Source: Ruditapes philippinarum
Taxonomy: Eukaryota
Length of the DNA: 64,000 nucleotides
Assembly (NCBI RefSeq): GCF_026571515.1
Contig: NW_026861320.1
Coordinates: 62,001-126,000, forward strand
Direction: 5' to 3'
The position numbers and the translations under genes are program-made. This document shows, one piece after another, positions 1 through 12,289 of the stretch (position 1 is the first letter of the stretch; each line of letters opens with the position of its first letter). The notes beneath the pieces were generated by a model. The model saw nothing but the letters and a program-made list of their open reading frames with translations, was not told the origin of the DNA and did no database searches.

Positions 1-420
1 CAACGATTATGTAAGCATATTAAGTAAATAAGCTATTTTAGCAAATAAGAAAGAAAAATGTTGGAGACTTTTACAAAATTTACCAAATTGAATTGGTCAA
101 AAATGGCGCGTTAAGACCAATTTAATTTGGAAAACGCTAACCTAAACAATTTGGTGTTTGAAACAGTCGATTAACTAGCTTACTAGCTTGACTTTTTAAC
201 AAAGTGAATCTGTGACTAAAATCCTATTTTTCAAACGCTTAAACATCTTTAACAGATACTTTCAATCCTACGTCACTCTTTTTGAGCTATTTAAATCTCA
301 TTATTTCACATTCGTTAAATTTAATAATGAAATACAATTTTGTAAATCTTAATACATACATGGATATTAATTAATCGAAAGAAATACCTGTTAAGCAGCT
401 TGGAAACTTGAACACCAATT

Positions 421-444
421 GAAAGAGAAACTAGGGGGAATTCC
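421..444 (+). promoter_or_regulatory. Composite ISRE/IRF + NF-kB motif
   Basis: GAAAGAGAAACT (GAAAnnGAAACT) followed after 2 nt by GGGGAATTCC (GGGRNWYYCC). Confidence 0.6.
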
Positions 445-1319
445 ACCTTATGATTAAACTACGCATTTGGCAATCGGAACACCTCGAATATCAATTTCCG
501 AAGATTGACGGAAAGGGTCGAAAATGTGCGATTACGATGTGCGTGTTTATACTTGAATTTTTCTCTTAAGCAAGATAGACAGAACTCAAAATATAAGATA
601 CAATTAATAATATTTTGAAGACTGAATGTGCATTGCCATAGTGAATGCTTTATTTAAAGGTAAACAAACATTTTCGTAATTTAACATGTACATAAATTCT
701 TCCCTCCATATAATGTCTTTTTAGTTTAACTTACATATCTTTTTCAAAATTTCCTTATGAATTACACAAAATAAAATTATTCTAATGAGGCTTTACACTG
801 TTCATGATCATCGGTACACATGTGACCTGGTATTAAAACAACAGAGTCGTTATTAACCTAGAATGCTGATCTGATGTCCTTTACTTGTGTAGGTCATATT
901 TCTCCGATTCAGACAAAAATATCTGGAAAAGGGGAAATCCTTTAGAAGCAACAAAAACGACAATATCAAATGGTTCAAATTTGAGACTAAGTGAATAAAA
1001 CTAATCAAAAAGGTCATAGGCCATGTAATTTTACAAAGAAGATAAGTGTGTTTCTATGTGTGTCTAAACAGGGTGACATTAAATATTACACCACGGACAA
1101 GCCTTATAAATGTTACATGCAAAAGATCGACACTCTATGATAGTTAGTTTCATATGAGCAGAATACTTTCATATCTAACTTTTTTACAAAAGTAACCCCA
1201 GCCCGAAACACTTTTAAGACAAATGGACATAACAATTTAATTCCTTTAAGGTAGGTCCATAGAGAAGACTATAATCAAAGGAAAATCATGCAGTATGGGC
1301 GGGTGTGGGCGGGCGTTTG

Positions 1320-1505
1320 TTGCGGAGTGGTCAAGGTCATTGCCTCCAAAACACTTGCCTCTCATCACCGACGGCTCGCGTCCAGTCAGCTTACGGGACG
1401 TCGGTGGTCCTACTCAGGTTAAATAGCGCAAAGAGCGGCACTTGAGATCATCATCCACTAGCAAAGCTGGAAATTTGCCATATAACCTATACTGTATGGT
1501 GTGAT
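1320..1505 (+). mobile_element. Degenerate tRNA-derived SINE
   Basis: A-box-like GGAGTGGTCAAGG, then cacttgcctctca, gcttacgg..gtcggtggt.ctac.cagg and aaagctggaaa..tgccatat, resembling bivalve SINEs from memory. Confidence 0.5.
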
Positions 1506-2503
1506 GCGTGATGTATATGATAAACCCGATAAAAATGTATAGTCAAATTTTTGTACTGGATGCATAAAAGTTTTTGCCGATGACGGAATCTTAGCGATCA
1601 TAATAGCTTTTCGAAACAAACGAGCTAAAATACGAATTGATAAACGATTGCTAGACTTTTAAATTTATATAAACATTGTGTTTTATATATATTTATACCA
1701 TTTGTATTGCTTAAGACAGATGCTTCATTTATATAATTTTTCGGACATCTTTTTTACACTTGTGGGAATAAAATATCAAAACAGTTATTCAATTTATATG
1801 CTTTATTCATTAATACACCACATAACATATCAACATTGTTGTAACATTATATCACAGACTTGTTTCACAATTATGCCACAATTATTCATAAAATGAGGGA
1901 CAAAATAAGTATCCATAAACCTATTGTAACAGAGACTGTACGTTTTATGTTAGACAAAGAAAAATTCATTAGAAAATTCGTCAACCATTCTTTACTATCT
2001 TTTTCCAGATACAACTCGACCTGTGACGACAGTGTCAATCCAAAAGAGTTTGTGAATTATAAAAGATACTCAAGTCTATGCAGAATATATCATACTGTTT
2101 AAATAAAGAATGAATAGTAGATAAATAAAGCTTTATGACATTTGAACATAAATTAAAATGTGTGATTGTATTGCTCGCACAATATTTTGACAGTAGATTT
2201 TCTACTGAAATATGTCATATCATAATTATAAAGAGCAGATCAAATTTATCTTTTAAAGCTACATGCCTCCAGATGAGTCAAAATATTTCAATAAAATCAA
2301 ATTTGAGAAATATGTACTAAGATGTAAGTAAAAGTAAATAGTTTCAAGATTCAAGTAATATTTTACATATTTTGTGCGATTTATAACTTAGTATTTACAT
2401 CTATATTTCTACTGCGTTACTAACTCAGTAAAGGCTAATTAAGCATATTTTGACCACTTTTAGGTAATCTACGTGGTAATAGGTGCCATTGATGATGAAT
2501 AAA

Positions 2504-4131
2504 TTATTATGCCCCCACTTTGAAAAAGAGGGGGTATCTTGCTTTGCACTTGTCGGTCCGTCAGTCCGTCGGTCCGTCGGTCCGTTGGTCCGTCGGTCCG
2601 TCGGTCCGTAGACCAAATGGTTTCCGAGTGATAACTAAAGAACCCTTAGGCCTAGGAACTTCAAACTTGGAATGGTGATTGGTCATGACAAGTACATGAC
2701 CCCTATTGATTTTGGGGTCAAGGGGTCAAAGGTCAAGGTCACATTGACCTCTTAGGTAAAAACGGTTTCCGATCAATAACTAAAGTACCCTTAGGCCTAG
2801 GAACTTCAAACTTGATATGGTGATTGGTTATGACTAGCAGATGACCCCTATTGATTTTGGGGTCAAGGGGTCAAAGGTCAAGGTCACATTGACTTTGTAG
2901 GTAAAAACGGTTTCCGATCAATAACTAAAGAACCTTAAGGCCTAGGAACTTCAAACTTGGTATGGTGATTGGTCATGACAAGTAGATGACCACTATTGAT
3001 TTTGGGGTCAAGGGGTCAAAGGTCAAGGTCACATTGACCTTGTAAGCAAAAACTGTTTCTGATCAATAACTAAAGAACCCTTAGGCCTAGGAACATTAAA
3101 CTTGATATGGTGTTTGGTCATGACTTGCAGATGACCCCTATTGATTTTGGGGTTAAGGGGTCAAAGGTCAAGGTCACATTGACCTTGTAGGTAAAAATGG
3201 TTTACTTAAGAACCCTTAGGTCTAGGAACTTCAAACTCAGCATGGTGATTGGTCATGACCAGTAAATGACCCCTATTGATTTTGGGGTCAAGGGGTCAAA
3301 GGTCAAGGTCACATTGACCTTGTAGGTATAAACGGTTTCCGATTAATTTACTAAAAACGCTTAGGCCTAGGAACTTCAAACTTTATATGATGATCGGTCA
3401 TGACCAGCAGATGACCCCAATTGATTTTGGGAGCAAGGGGTCAAAGGTCAAGGTCACATATATCTTGTAAGTAAAAACAATTTCTGATCAATAACTAAAG
3501 AACGCTTAGGCTTAGGAACTTCAATCTTGGCATGGTGATTGGTCATGACCAGCAGATGACCCCTATTGATTATGTGGTCAAGGGGTCAAAGGTCAAGGTC
3601 ACATATACCTTGTAAGTAAAAACAATTTCTGATCAATAACTAAAGAAAGCTTAGGCTTAGGAACTTCAAACTTGGCATGATGATTGGTCATGTTCAGCAG
3701 ATGACCCCTATTGATTTTAGGGTCAAGGGGTCAATGTCATATTGACCTTGTACTTAATGAAGGTTCCTGACCAATAACTCAACAACTCAAGTTGCCTTGG
3801 TTGATATTTTGATTTTAAACTAAAAATGCTTTTGGTATACACATTTGAAGGTCTTATGTAATATAACAACTTGGCTGTCATTAATGAGGCCTACATGATT
3901 CATAAAATTTATGCATATATTATTTGGTAAGATATGTAATAACTTAAATTGCTGCACACAACCTATGGGGTCACAATAATAATTAGCTTGTGACTAGTCA
4001 TGACCAGTAGATACTAGATAACCCTTACTAATTGTTTGTTCACTGGGTCAGAAGTCATGCATAATAACCTCATCACATGACTTATTGGCTGCCGATAGGG
4101 GGCATACATGTTTTACAATCATATCTTGTTT
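2504..4131 (+). mobile_element. Helentron/HINE-like non-autonomous element with ~8 x 145-bp tandem units
   Basis: 5' TATGCCCCC and 3' GGGGGCATA subterminal IR, (GTCGGTCC)n microsatellite, 145-bp array (units start 2621, 2766, 2911...), ending in CTTGTTT. Confidence 0.8.
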
Positions 4132-5959
4132 CCTTTTGGTTACTTCACAATATTACACATTCAAATACATTTTCAAAATTTTCATGAACATTAGCATGAA
4201 TCTGTTTGCGTGCTGCTTTAAGCTACTGGTCATAACTTTTCACAATATCCTTAGTTCTAATTTACAGTATGACAAGTGCAAACATGTAAGAGCTATTTGA
4301 AAATATTTTGACATCTTTTTGATTATTTATATGTTTGTAAATGTCATTTGCATTGTGTAAATTACTTTCTTAGTTCACTTAAAAATATTTTACTTTAAAA
4401 AATCATTTCAACACTTTCATGAAAATTAGCATGAATCAAGAGGCATCTGCTTTAAAATAAAACATAATTCCATAATACAATAACACACAATTACATTCTT
4501 AATTAATATTCAAAAGAAAGTAAGCAATGTCTAAAAAAGATTACCCCTAAATATATTACTACGTAAAAATATAAATTTTGAGTACATTAGTTTGAAGTTT
4601 TAAGTGACAAAAATGGATTTCAGTATCAACAGTATTCATGGCATTTCTAAAGTTGAGACAAGAGGTACATGGTGGCATTTTATTGCTCACCTCAGACATA
4701 TTGCAGAGAAAAGTAATTTGGTCACGTTGGGTCTGTCAGTTTTTAGCCATTATGAATAATTTACGAAATAGTTTTAGATATATATACCATAATACATGTT
4801 AAATATTAAAGATCTTTACACAAACAATATATAAATGTGTTTTACTCTATCTTATTCAATATCATGAAGATGTATACCAGAACATAATACATGATGCTAA
4901 ATATTTATGTTCGCACACAAAGAACATATAAATGTGTTTGAATCTATCTTACTTAATATAATCTAAGGGTGGGTCAATTTCAATCCCAGGGGCATACTTA
5001 AAATAACTTTTGTAAATGAACCACAAGGAGATGCTACGTGCCAGAGCATTTTGCACACAGATGACCTAGAACAATTCTTAAGGAGAAACACATCAAACTA
5101 AGAACAATATATTAAAAGTTTTAGAACATCTTGTGGTTTTCTGCTTTAAAGACAATCTTTCTTAAAAATAAATTATAATATCAGTTTTACAGCTATCATT
5201 TCTGTACTTGTTATTGTGTTTTGTTCAATGGAAACATATCTTAAGCATACATTTACAAAATCATTATGCACCATGCATCAACAACATAACAATCAGATCT
5301 AAGCCATAAGTACATAACAAATAAATATCAATCTATTAAACATCAACTTTACATGCGACCACCATCCTTAAAGAGACATTAACCTGTTCTAATATGTACA
5401 AATAAACACAGTATTCATACACCTAATAAATTTAAACGTGATGTGAAGACAGGTTGGATTGTCTCCCTTGTATCAGTCTGTTTATACATTTGTATACATG
5501 TATGTATTATACACCAGCAAAAGCTTGTAATGATCTATTTTGCATGAAATGAGATTGATGGAAACTATTATCTAAGTTAGGATTTGAAGAATATGAACTT
5601 TTACCAGATAATTGTAAATTATTCTGTAATCAGCGAAGCGTTTGAAAGTGATTAGTACTTATATCTTCAACACACTGAAAAATGGTTTGATGTGGTTAAA
5701 CAATAATAAAAAAATAATAAATGCAAGATCAAGTAAAATAAAGATAACTCCCCATTAATTTATCTTTACATCATGTGCAGATGATCATCAACAATATATT
5801 ATAACATTTAAAGACCAGGGCTAGCACTTTAAAGACCAGGACTAGCACTGTTAAACTTAAACAACAGTTAGTAGATGACTCACATTTAAATATCAGAATG
5901 AGATATTATAACAAAATAAATAATAAATGTGACTAATAATTGTATGTTTCGGTGTTTAT

Positions 5960-7170
5960 CAATCCAAGGGGCATACTTAAAATATCTTTAGTAAAGGAAC
6001 CACAAGGAAATGCTATCTGCCACAACATTTTGCAAAGAGATGGGCTGAAACAATTTTTAAGGCTGAAATAAAATAAGAAAGACATATCAAAAGATTAAAA
6101 ACATCTGACGATTGTCTGCTTTTAAGACGTTCTTTTTCAGAAATAAATTATATCAGTTTTACAACTATCATTTGTACTATCTTTTATGTTTTGTACAAAG
6201 AAAACTAAAGCATACATTGACACAAAAAACCATACAGTAACAGAAAAAATCAGATCTAAACATGTACTACATAACGCATAAATATCAATATATCAAAATT
6301 GCAAACACTTTACATAAAGAAACAGTAACCTTTTCTTATCAACCGATGCGCAAAGGAGTTCAGAGTCTTATTGCACTTCAGAAAAATTATAACCATGAAT
6401 ATTATAAGATGTGAGGACAGGATGAATGCTGTAAAAGTTTCCCCGTACTTTACTTCAGTGTTGGTATATTTTTCTGGTCCTTAAGAAGCATAAATTCCAG
6501 CACTTTTAAGTGTTGAAAATTGAATACCGCTCAAGATGGTCGCCAGGGACGTGAAAAATGTTACTTTTTTGGATTATCCTTAATAAACAAACTCAATCAA
6601 ACCGAGTCTGAAATGTTTATGTTATTTTGTTGTGATCAATGCTTCTGAAGATCACATTTTCTCCATAAATTTAACCTACCTTGTATTAGTCTGTATCTGC
6701 AATAAACAATGAAAAGCATGTAATGATCTATTTTGTATCAAATGAAAAATATATGAATCTGGAAACAAAGTGATGTCTCGGAAGCATTAATCACAATTCA
6801 ATTAAATGAAAATTGCAGACCTGGTATGATTGAGTATGTACATGAGGGATAATGAATAGGTGCAATATCCCTCACTATCCAAAGTGTTAAGAGTCTATTG
6901 ATCCTGCCTTATACTTTGTTAAAAGTCACATCTTAAAATTATCATGTTAAGCAATTATAATTATTTTTAACATACTGAACTATTGCTTGCTTTGATGTGG
7001 TTAGATACACTAAAATAAATACAAGTGCATGTAAAATAAAAATAGTTTTTTCGAAAGAAAAAAGTCGAAAAGAATTATAATACATTCATTTCAGCCACAA
7101 GCTGTAGTAAAATCTTCCTGAATATTTAACTTAATGTTTTAATAGAGTCAAGTACACCAGGAGGTTTCAG
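5960..7170 (+). repeat. Second, more degraded partial copy of the FICD 3' flank block
   Basis: caatccaaggggcatacttaa...aaaggaaccacaagga at 5960 repeats 4981 and 36562; later segments match 38425-38640. Confidence 0.75.
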
Positions 7171-7797
7171 AAATATACAATGTTTCTATAGTAAATTGGC
7201 TAGAAAATAAATAGATCAACGTTATTTTTTACATTCAGGAAATATTAAATTTCCGAATTTGAATTGTACAATTGTAAAATATTTTTCAGATTTTATTTGA
7301 ACAATAACATGACGAAATCTTTCATTTATCATAAACGTGTGTTCTAAAGATATAACGTAGTTTTGAAAACCTTACACATTTATTTCATCTCAATCCGGTA
7401 CCATAAATATACACTTTAATTATTGTCTTCGGTAATTGAAAAGTTGTGTATTTAATAAATATGTTTAGATTGGCCAATGAAAATACTAAAGTAATAAAAC
7501 ATAAAGCAAAATACGTTACACTTATCATATATACGTATGTATAGTAATTAAATAGTAACTTCTATTTTGTGAAAAGTTACGTCTAAGAAAAAATTACAAA
7601 ATGTTTTCAATATTAAAATTCTCCTAACAAATAATCATACACACTGTCAAGAAGTGACATATTTTTTATCCTAGTGTAAATAATCTTTTTTATTGAACCT
7701 TTCTATTCCGTTATCGAAATGTATGGCAGGCTTTGCCTTTCTTTAAAATGAACTTGTCTGTTCGCAGTTATGAAATGTATATATTTCCACTTTCATT

Positions 7798-9880
7798 TTA
7801 TTGCAAGCTTGTACCCAACATTGAGCTTACTAGTCTACATATATGAAACTTTGCTGCGTTATTTCTGTCTCGTATTTTCAGTGATAACAGATAACACTTT
7901 AAAGCCGCATCCATTCTGTTTTCTTGCTCCATACACTGACCTAGAAGGTTAAGCGCCGTTTCTCTGTGTCCAAAATTTGGCTCCTCTACAATGCATTTAG
8001 CAAGGTTTAACATTGCCGCCTGTTCCTCCCGATGCCTTCTGAGATGGGAATATGTCTTATACTGTAGAAACTATAAATAAGGTAGAGAATCTATCACAGC
8101 CAAATCCATCCAATCATCGTATTTACCTCTATAATTGATATCTTCTTGTGATGATCTGAACATTTCATGTTGGAGTTCGTAGGGACAACAGTTTATTTCG
8201 CATCGTAGAAACCTGACACAAAATGCAGTTATACTCTGCAACAATGTATATTCATTATCTGTTTCATAACAGAGCTTATTGAATGCCTTTTTGCGTTTAG
8301 GTGTTTGAAAATCGTAGCATTTACAAACTGGTTCAACTATATTGAGATCATAACCTTCTTCAATGTTTTTCAAAATGAATTCTGTCCTCTCAATATCTCC
8401 AGTACAATAGAACATTGAGGCTAGTTTCAGTTTACCTGACGCTACATCAATGTTTAAACCTAACGTCATCAAAACAATAGACTTTCGGCAGACACCGCGT
8501 TCACTTTGTAAGTTAATTGAAGCTAGTGCAGATCCTAAATGTATGCTTAGAAATTTAGCTATTTTACTACATGCTAATTTATTGTGCCCTTGATTCATAT
8601 CATGAGTTACTTTCATTAGGTATATATATAATGTTTGAAATAAAAGTCTGATGTGATTGATTTTATTCGTTTTTGTCAGAAAAAGCGTGTAATAGTCATT
8701 GACTCCACTGGCAATATCCCTTACTATCTTCAGAAGCAATCTCTACTAATCTCAAAAAAGTGTTTCGAATTCTGAACCCTAGTTGATCACATTCTATTTC
8801 AAGTAAAGCACTTCCGTTACTATTAATAATGTAACAAAGTCTTTCTAGAATGCTTTGTTTTGTTACTGGAGTAAAACGTCTAGCCATTAAATTGTTCTCT
8901 GGAATAATGAAATGTGGACAGTAATCATTTAAAACACAATTGTAAAGCAATGTCAGACAATAATTCAGACAGATAAGTAATGTGTTTTTGTTCCAATCAG
9001 TGTTGTTTGCACTTTTAATACAATGAAGCAAGACCGTTTTACACATGTAACTTGAAATGCTGTCAGGACATTGTGTGGTTATAAACGTTTTAAGAATCAT
9101 TTTCATCAAGACATAGCATCTGATATGAGTTATGTTGAGATTGAACATTAGATTTCTCTCAGCAAGGGAAGTGGATATTCTCCATTCAAATTCTTCATTA
9201 ACACTGCCTTTGCCTCCAACTGCTACAACAAAACATCCCGTGTCTTTACAATACTGTTTCATATTATATGTAGGCCACTGACCTTCACCTTGCTGATTCA
9301 TCCATTGTCTTGCTTGCGTTGGCCACTGTTGACATGTCAGTGCAGGGACAAAGTCAGCACTAACGAAACCAGGTCTTCCATTCATTAATTGTGCTGGACC
9401 ATGTCTAACATATTCAGCGTCAAATCCGATATTTAACATTGTATTCTTTACCAGTACTCTTCCTTTTCTATCTCTACACGTGTACTGATCAAACACATTT
9501 TCTTCTGGAAGTGGAGCATTATTTCTCAGTATCTGTAACAAACAATATCCTGGTGATACAGTATCATCCTGTATCATTAACAGGTTTTGTTTACCAGGTT
9601 CCCATTCACCCCAGTCTTGTATAACACTATAACCGGCATGTGTGAAAAGAAGATCTTCGTCAGAATAAATTCCAGGTGTTGTAGTACCCTCTACTCTACT
9701 ACCTAAGTAATACACATTCACACCTGCATATGATAATTGTTGTGTTATCGTACATAATATTTCGTTCAATAGCTGTAAGCGCCTACATTTTATTACCATT
9801 CTTTCGTTCATTCCTATCTCATAAAGTACTTTAGACAGTCTCAGTGACACATTACGAGTGTAATCGGGATTTTCCGACAT
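7798..9880 (-). pseudogene. cGLR paralogue with frameshift (26-nt deletion near 8724) and nonsense codon (TAG, 8071-8073); may still encode a 394-aa Mab-21-only protein (8696-9880)
   Basis: Three ORF pieces (9880-8696, 8739-8071, 8013-7798) are collinear with 29849-31960. The 26 nt at 30776-30801 are missing here, and the TAC of LPYLYFLQY has become TAG. Catalytic motifs LGSRVEG..SDEDLLF and SADFV are intact. Confidence 0.85.
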
Positions 9881-10545
9881 CCTGGAAATTTAATGAAACA
9901 TTATCATTTTCATCATAATTAAATGTATCAATAACAAAATAAAATGCAAGTCTGCAATTGACTTTGTAAGTATTAAATATAATTGTCTTATGGAAATGTA
10001 ATGTTGAAACTGAATGATTCAAACGTTTTCTAAATTGTTTGATTTTGTGTTTGCTTTTATTCATGATCGAATTTTATCAATAAATGATTTATTGCAGCTT
10101 ACGAACCTAAATAATTAAATAAATAAAATATAGTTATAGTAACAATTTGAATGGAATTGAGTGGTTTAAAAGAAACGGTATTGTAGTAAAAGACACAATG
10201 ATCGTTCAATTGTATTTTCAGGAACAAAATTCATAATTATTACTAGGAATTGTTTAAAACAGAGATTTTGATTTCCCCCACCATGTAGATGTTAATTTGT
10301 TATGATAATTGTCTATGACATGTACTTGGCAGTTTCTCTTCACTTATTTTATTTAGCATTTTCAATTGGTACAAAAAGTCATTTTAAAGTATTTCCGTGG
10401 TAATTCTCTTATTGGATGATTTTATTAAAGGTATATACTTAAACGCAAGTGAAAGAAGGTGTTAACACACCCTGAATCAAATATTTATATATACATATGG
10501 CCTAGATTAGTAATTTTACTGACATACGACTTCAACCATTATTTT

Positions 10546-10657
10546 GAAACAGAAATATAAAGTTCAAACTCCAGGGAAACTCCCTTTATAACAAATACTT
10601 ATAAACACAAATCAAGACGTACTTATTTCCTCCAACAAATATCTTAAAACCGAAACT
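10546..10657. promoter_or_regulatory. IRF/ISRE and NF-kB motifs 5' of the cGLR at 9880
   Basis: GAAACAGAAA (10546), GGGAAACTCCC (10574-10584) and AAAACCGAAACT (10646-10657; reverse strand AGTTTCGGTTTT). Confidence 0.55.
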
Positions 10658-12289
10658 CGAAAATGACCAAGCCTAGGAAATTCATTATTTCTCAATTAAT
10701 AATAAGGACATAATTGAGTCTCTACTATAATAAGTTTTACAATAAGTGAAGATTTACCAAATTAATAAAACTTTAATCAGAGTCACCTTATCATTAACAA
10801 GGACGTCAAGAATTGTTACTTTATATTATTCTATTATAACTTATTGTGAAACATGACGTGTTTATAAATATTAAGAAATTGTATAATTATAATCTGAAAA
10901 AAGAGCTGAGGGACATAAAACTTTGATAATACTATTTATTTTACTGTATGTGTAAGATCAAATCCTTCACACAATATTAAGATAACCTTATTGTATGAGG
11001 ATCTGTTCAAAAGTCTTTTTATCGATAGCTCAACATGCGCATTCAAAATAAGAGAAACTGTTTCTCATTTTTCATTGCAATGTACCCAATACAGAAAATT
11101 ATATCAAATATTTTCACTAATATAAATTTTCCGGCTACAGTTAATAACTTTCATCACGGCAACGAACATCTCTCTATTGATGAAAACAAAACCTCCTTCA
11201 GAATGTCCAAAAAATCATTAAATGTACTTCAATTTATTTTGTTATTGTGCCTAAGTTTATATATGAATTATAAATATATCATATAATAACAGTTTCTTAA
11301 TGCGACAAATATACGTACAAACAATAAAGAAAATAGAAAAATCTCTAAAGAAAGTTCAAAATGGCGGAATTGAAAATGTTGCAGGATCGGTTTGAATGAA
11401 CCTGTTAACGGATGGTACTGTCAAGTGCAAACTAGTTTCACGCCTCCTAGCACCGGCTTTAGCAGAATTCAACATTTAAACAATATAATGGAGTAATTTT
11501 GAATAAAGAAACATCCGCAGATGCGTTTATATGGCGGTTGTTATGGAACTTTCAATGCGACATATTCGTGCAATTCTATGTGGTATGGCCTTATAGTAAA
11601 AGAAAGCGTGGGTCTAAAGAGAAGATAATGGGAGGAACGTACAGTTTTGAAATATTGAAAGGAGATCAGAGGAAAAGAAGCCGGCATATCCCTAAGGGTG
11701 GTGATTGAACAGTGTTCAAGAAGTAATATTGGAACCACCCAACTAGAAAAATACCGAAAGGTGAAATATGATAAACAAGATCAACAAGGAAAGGTGGCAT
11801 TCAATGAACGCAACCCTCACACGAACGAGCAACAGAACCTGGAGGAACCCAAACAAAAACAGGACATGGCACAAGACAGAGTATTGGCAGGCTAATCACT
11901 AAAATGATACATAAGAACAAATAATTAGTAACCGGTTTGGAATTCAAAGAAAACATAGAAATGATTGAATAATAGGCCCACAAAAACGAAGGGGCGCAGG
12001 GGAAGGGGACAGGAGACCTGGGGAAGGGGAGGGGTAAATTAAAGAAATAATACTAGGAGCAAAGGGGAAGATACTTACTGTAGACGGAACAAAAAACAAC
12101 GAAGAAAAACAGAAGTGTCACCAAAACAGTATGAAACAACAAAGACATACATCTGAGGAACAAAGAGGGGCGCCGCCTTGATACGGTTAGCAGCATAAGA
12201 ACTGCTTGGGAAAACTAAAAGTAACACAAACACAGCAATTATATCTTGAATGATCGGAAATATTACATCTCTGATTGATTACAAATCTA

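Larger units (their letters stand above)
1..5940 (+). repeat. Segmental duplicate of 33071-38990 (cGLR 5' flank + FICD 3' flank)
   Basis: Collinear matches, e.g. aatttaatttggaaaacgctaacctaa (119/33760), tgaagactgaatgtgcattgcca (616/34238), aaaatggatttc.gtatcaacagtattcatggcatttctaaagtt (4610/36260), agcactttaaagaccagg (5823/38851). Confidence 0.9.

Noticed and set aside
2621-3780. CRISPR-like array (also 45174-48610, 60376-61700)
   Set aside because: Whole units repeat with no unique spacers, there are no cas genes, and the DNA is eukaryotic; these are TE-internal tandem repeats.
8071-8073. Stop-codon readthrough or recoding restoring the left cGLR
   Set aside because: The upstream 26-nt deletion already breaks the frame, and TAG is a single change from the paralogue's TAC.
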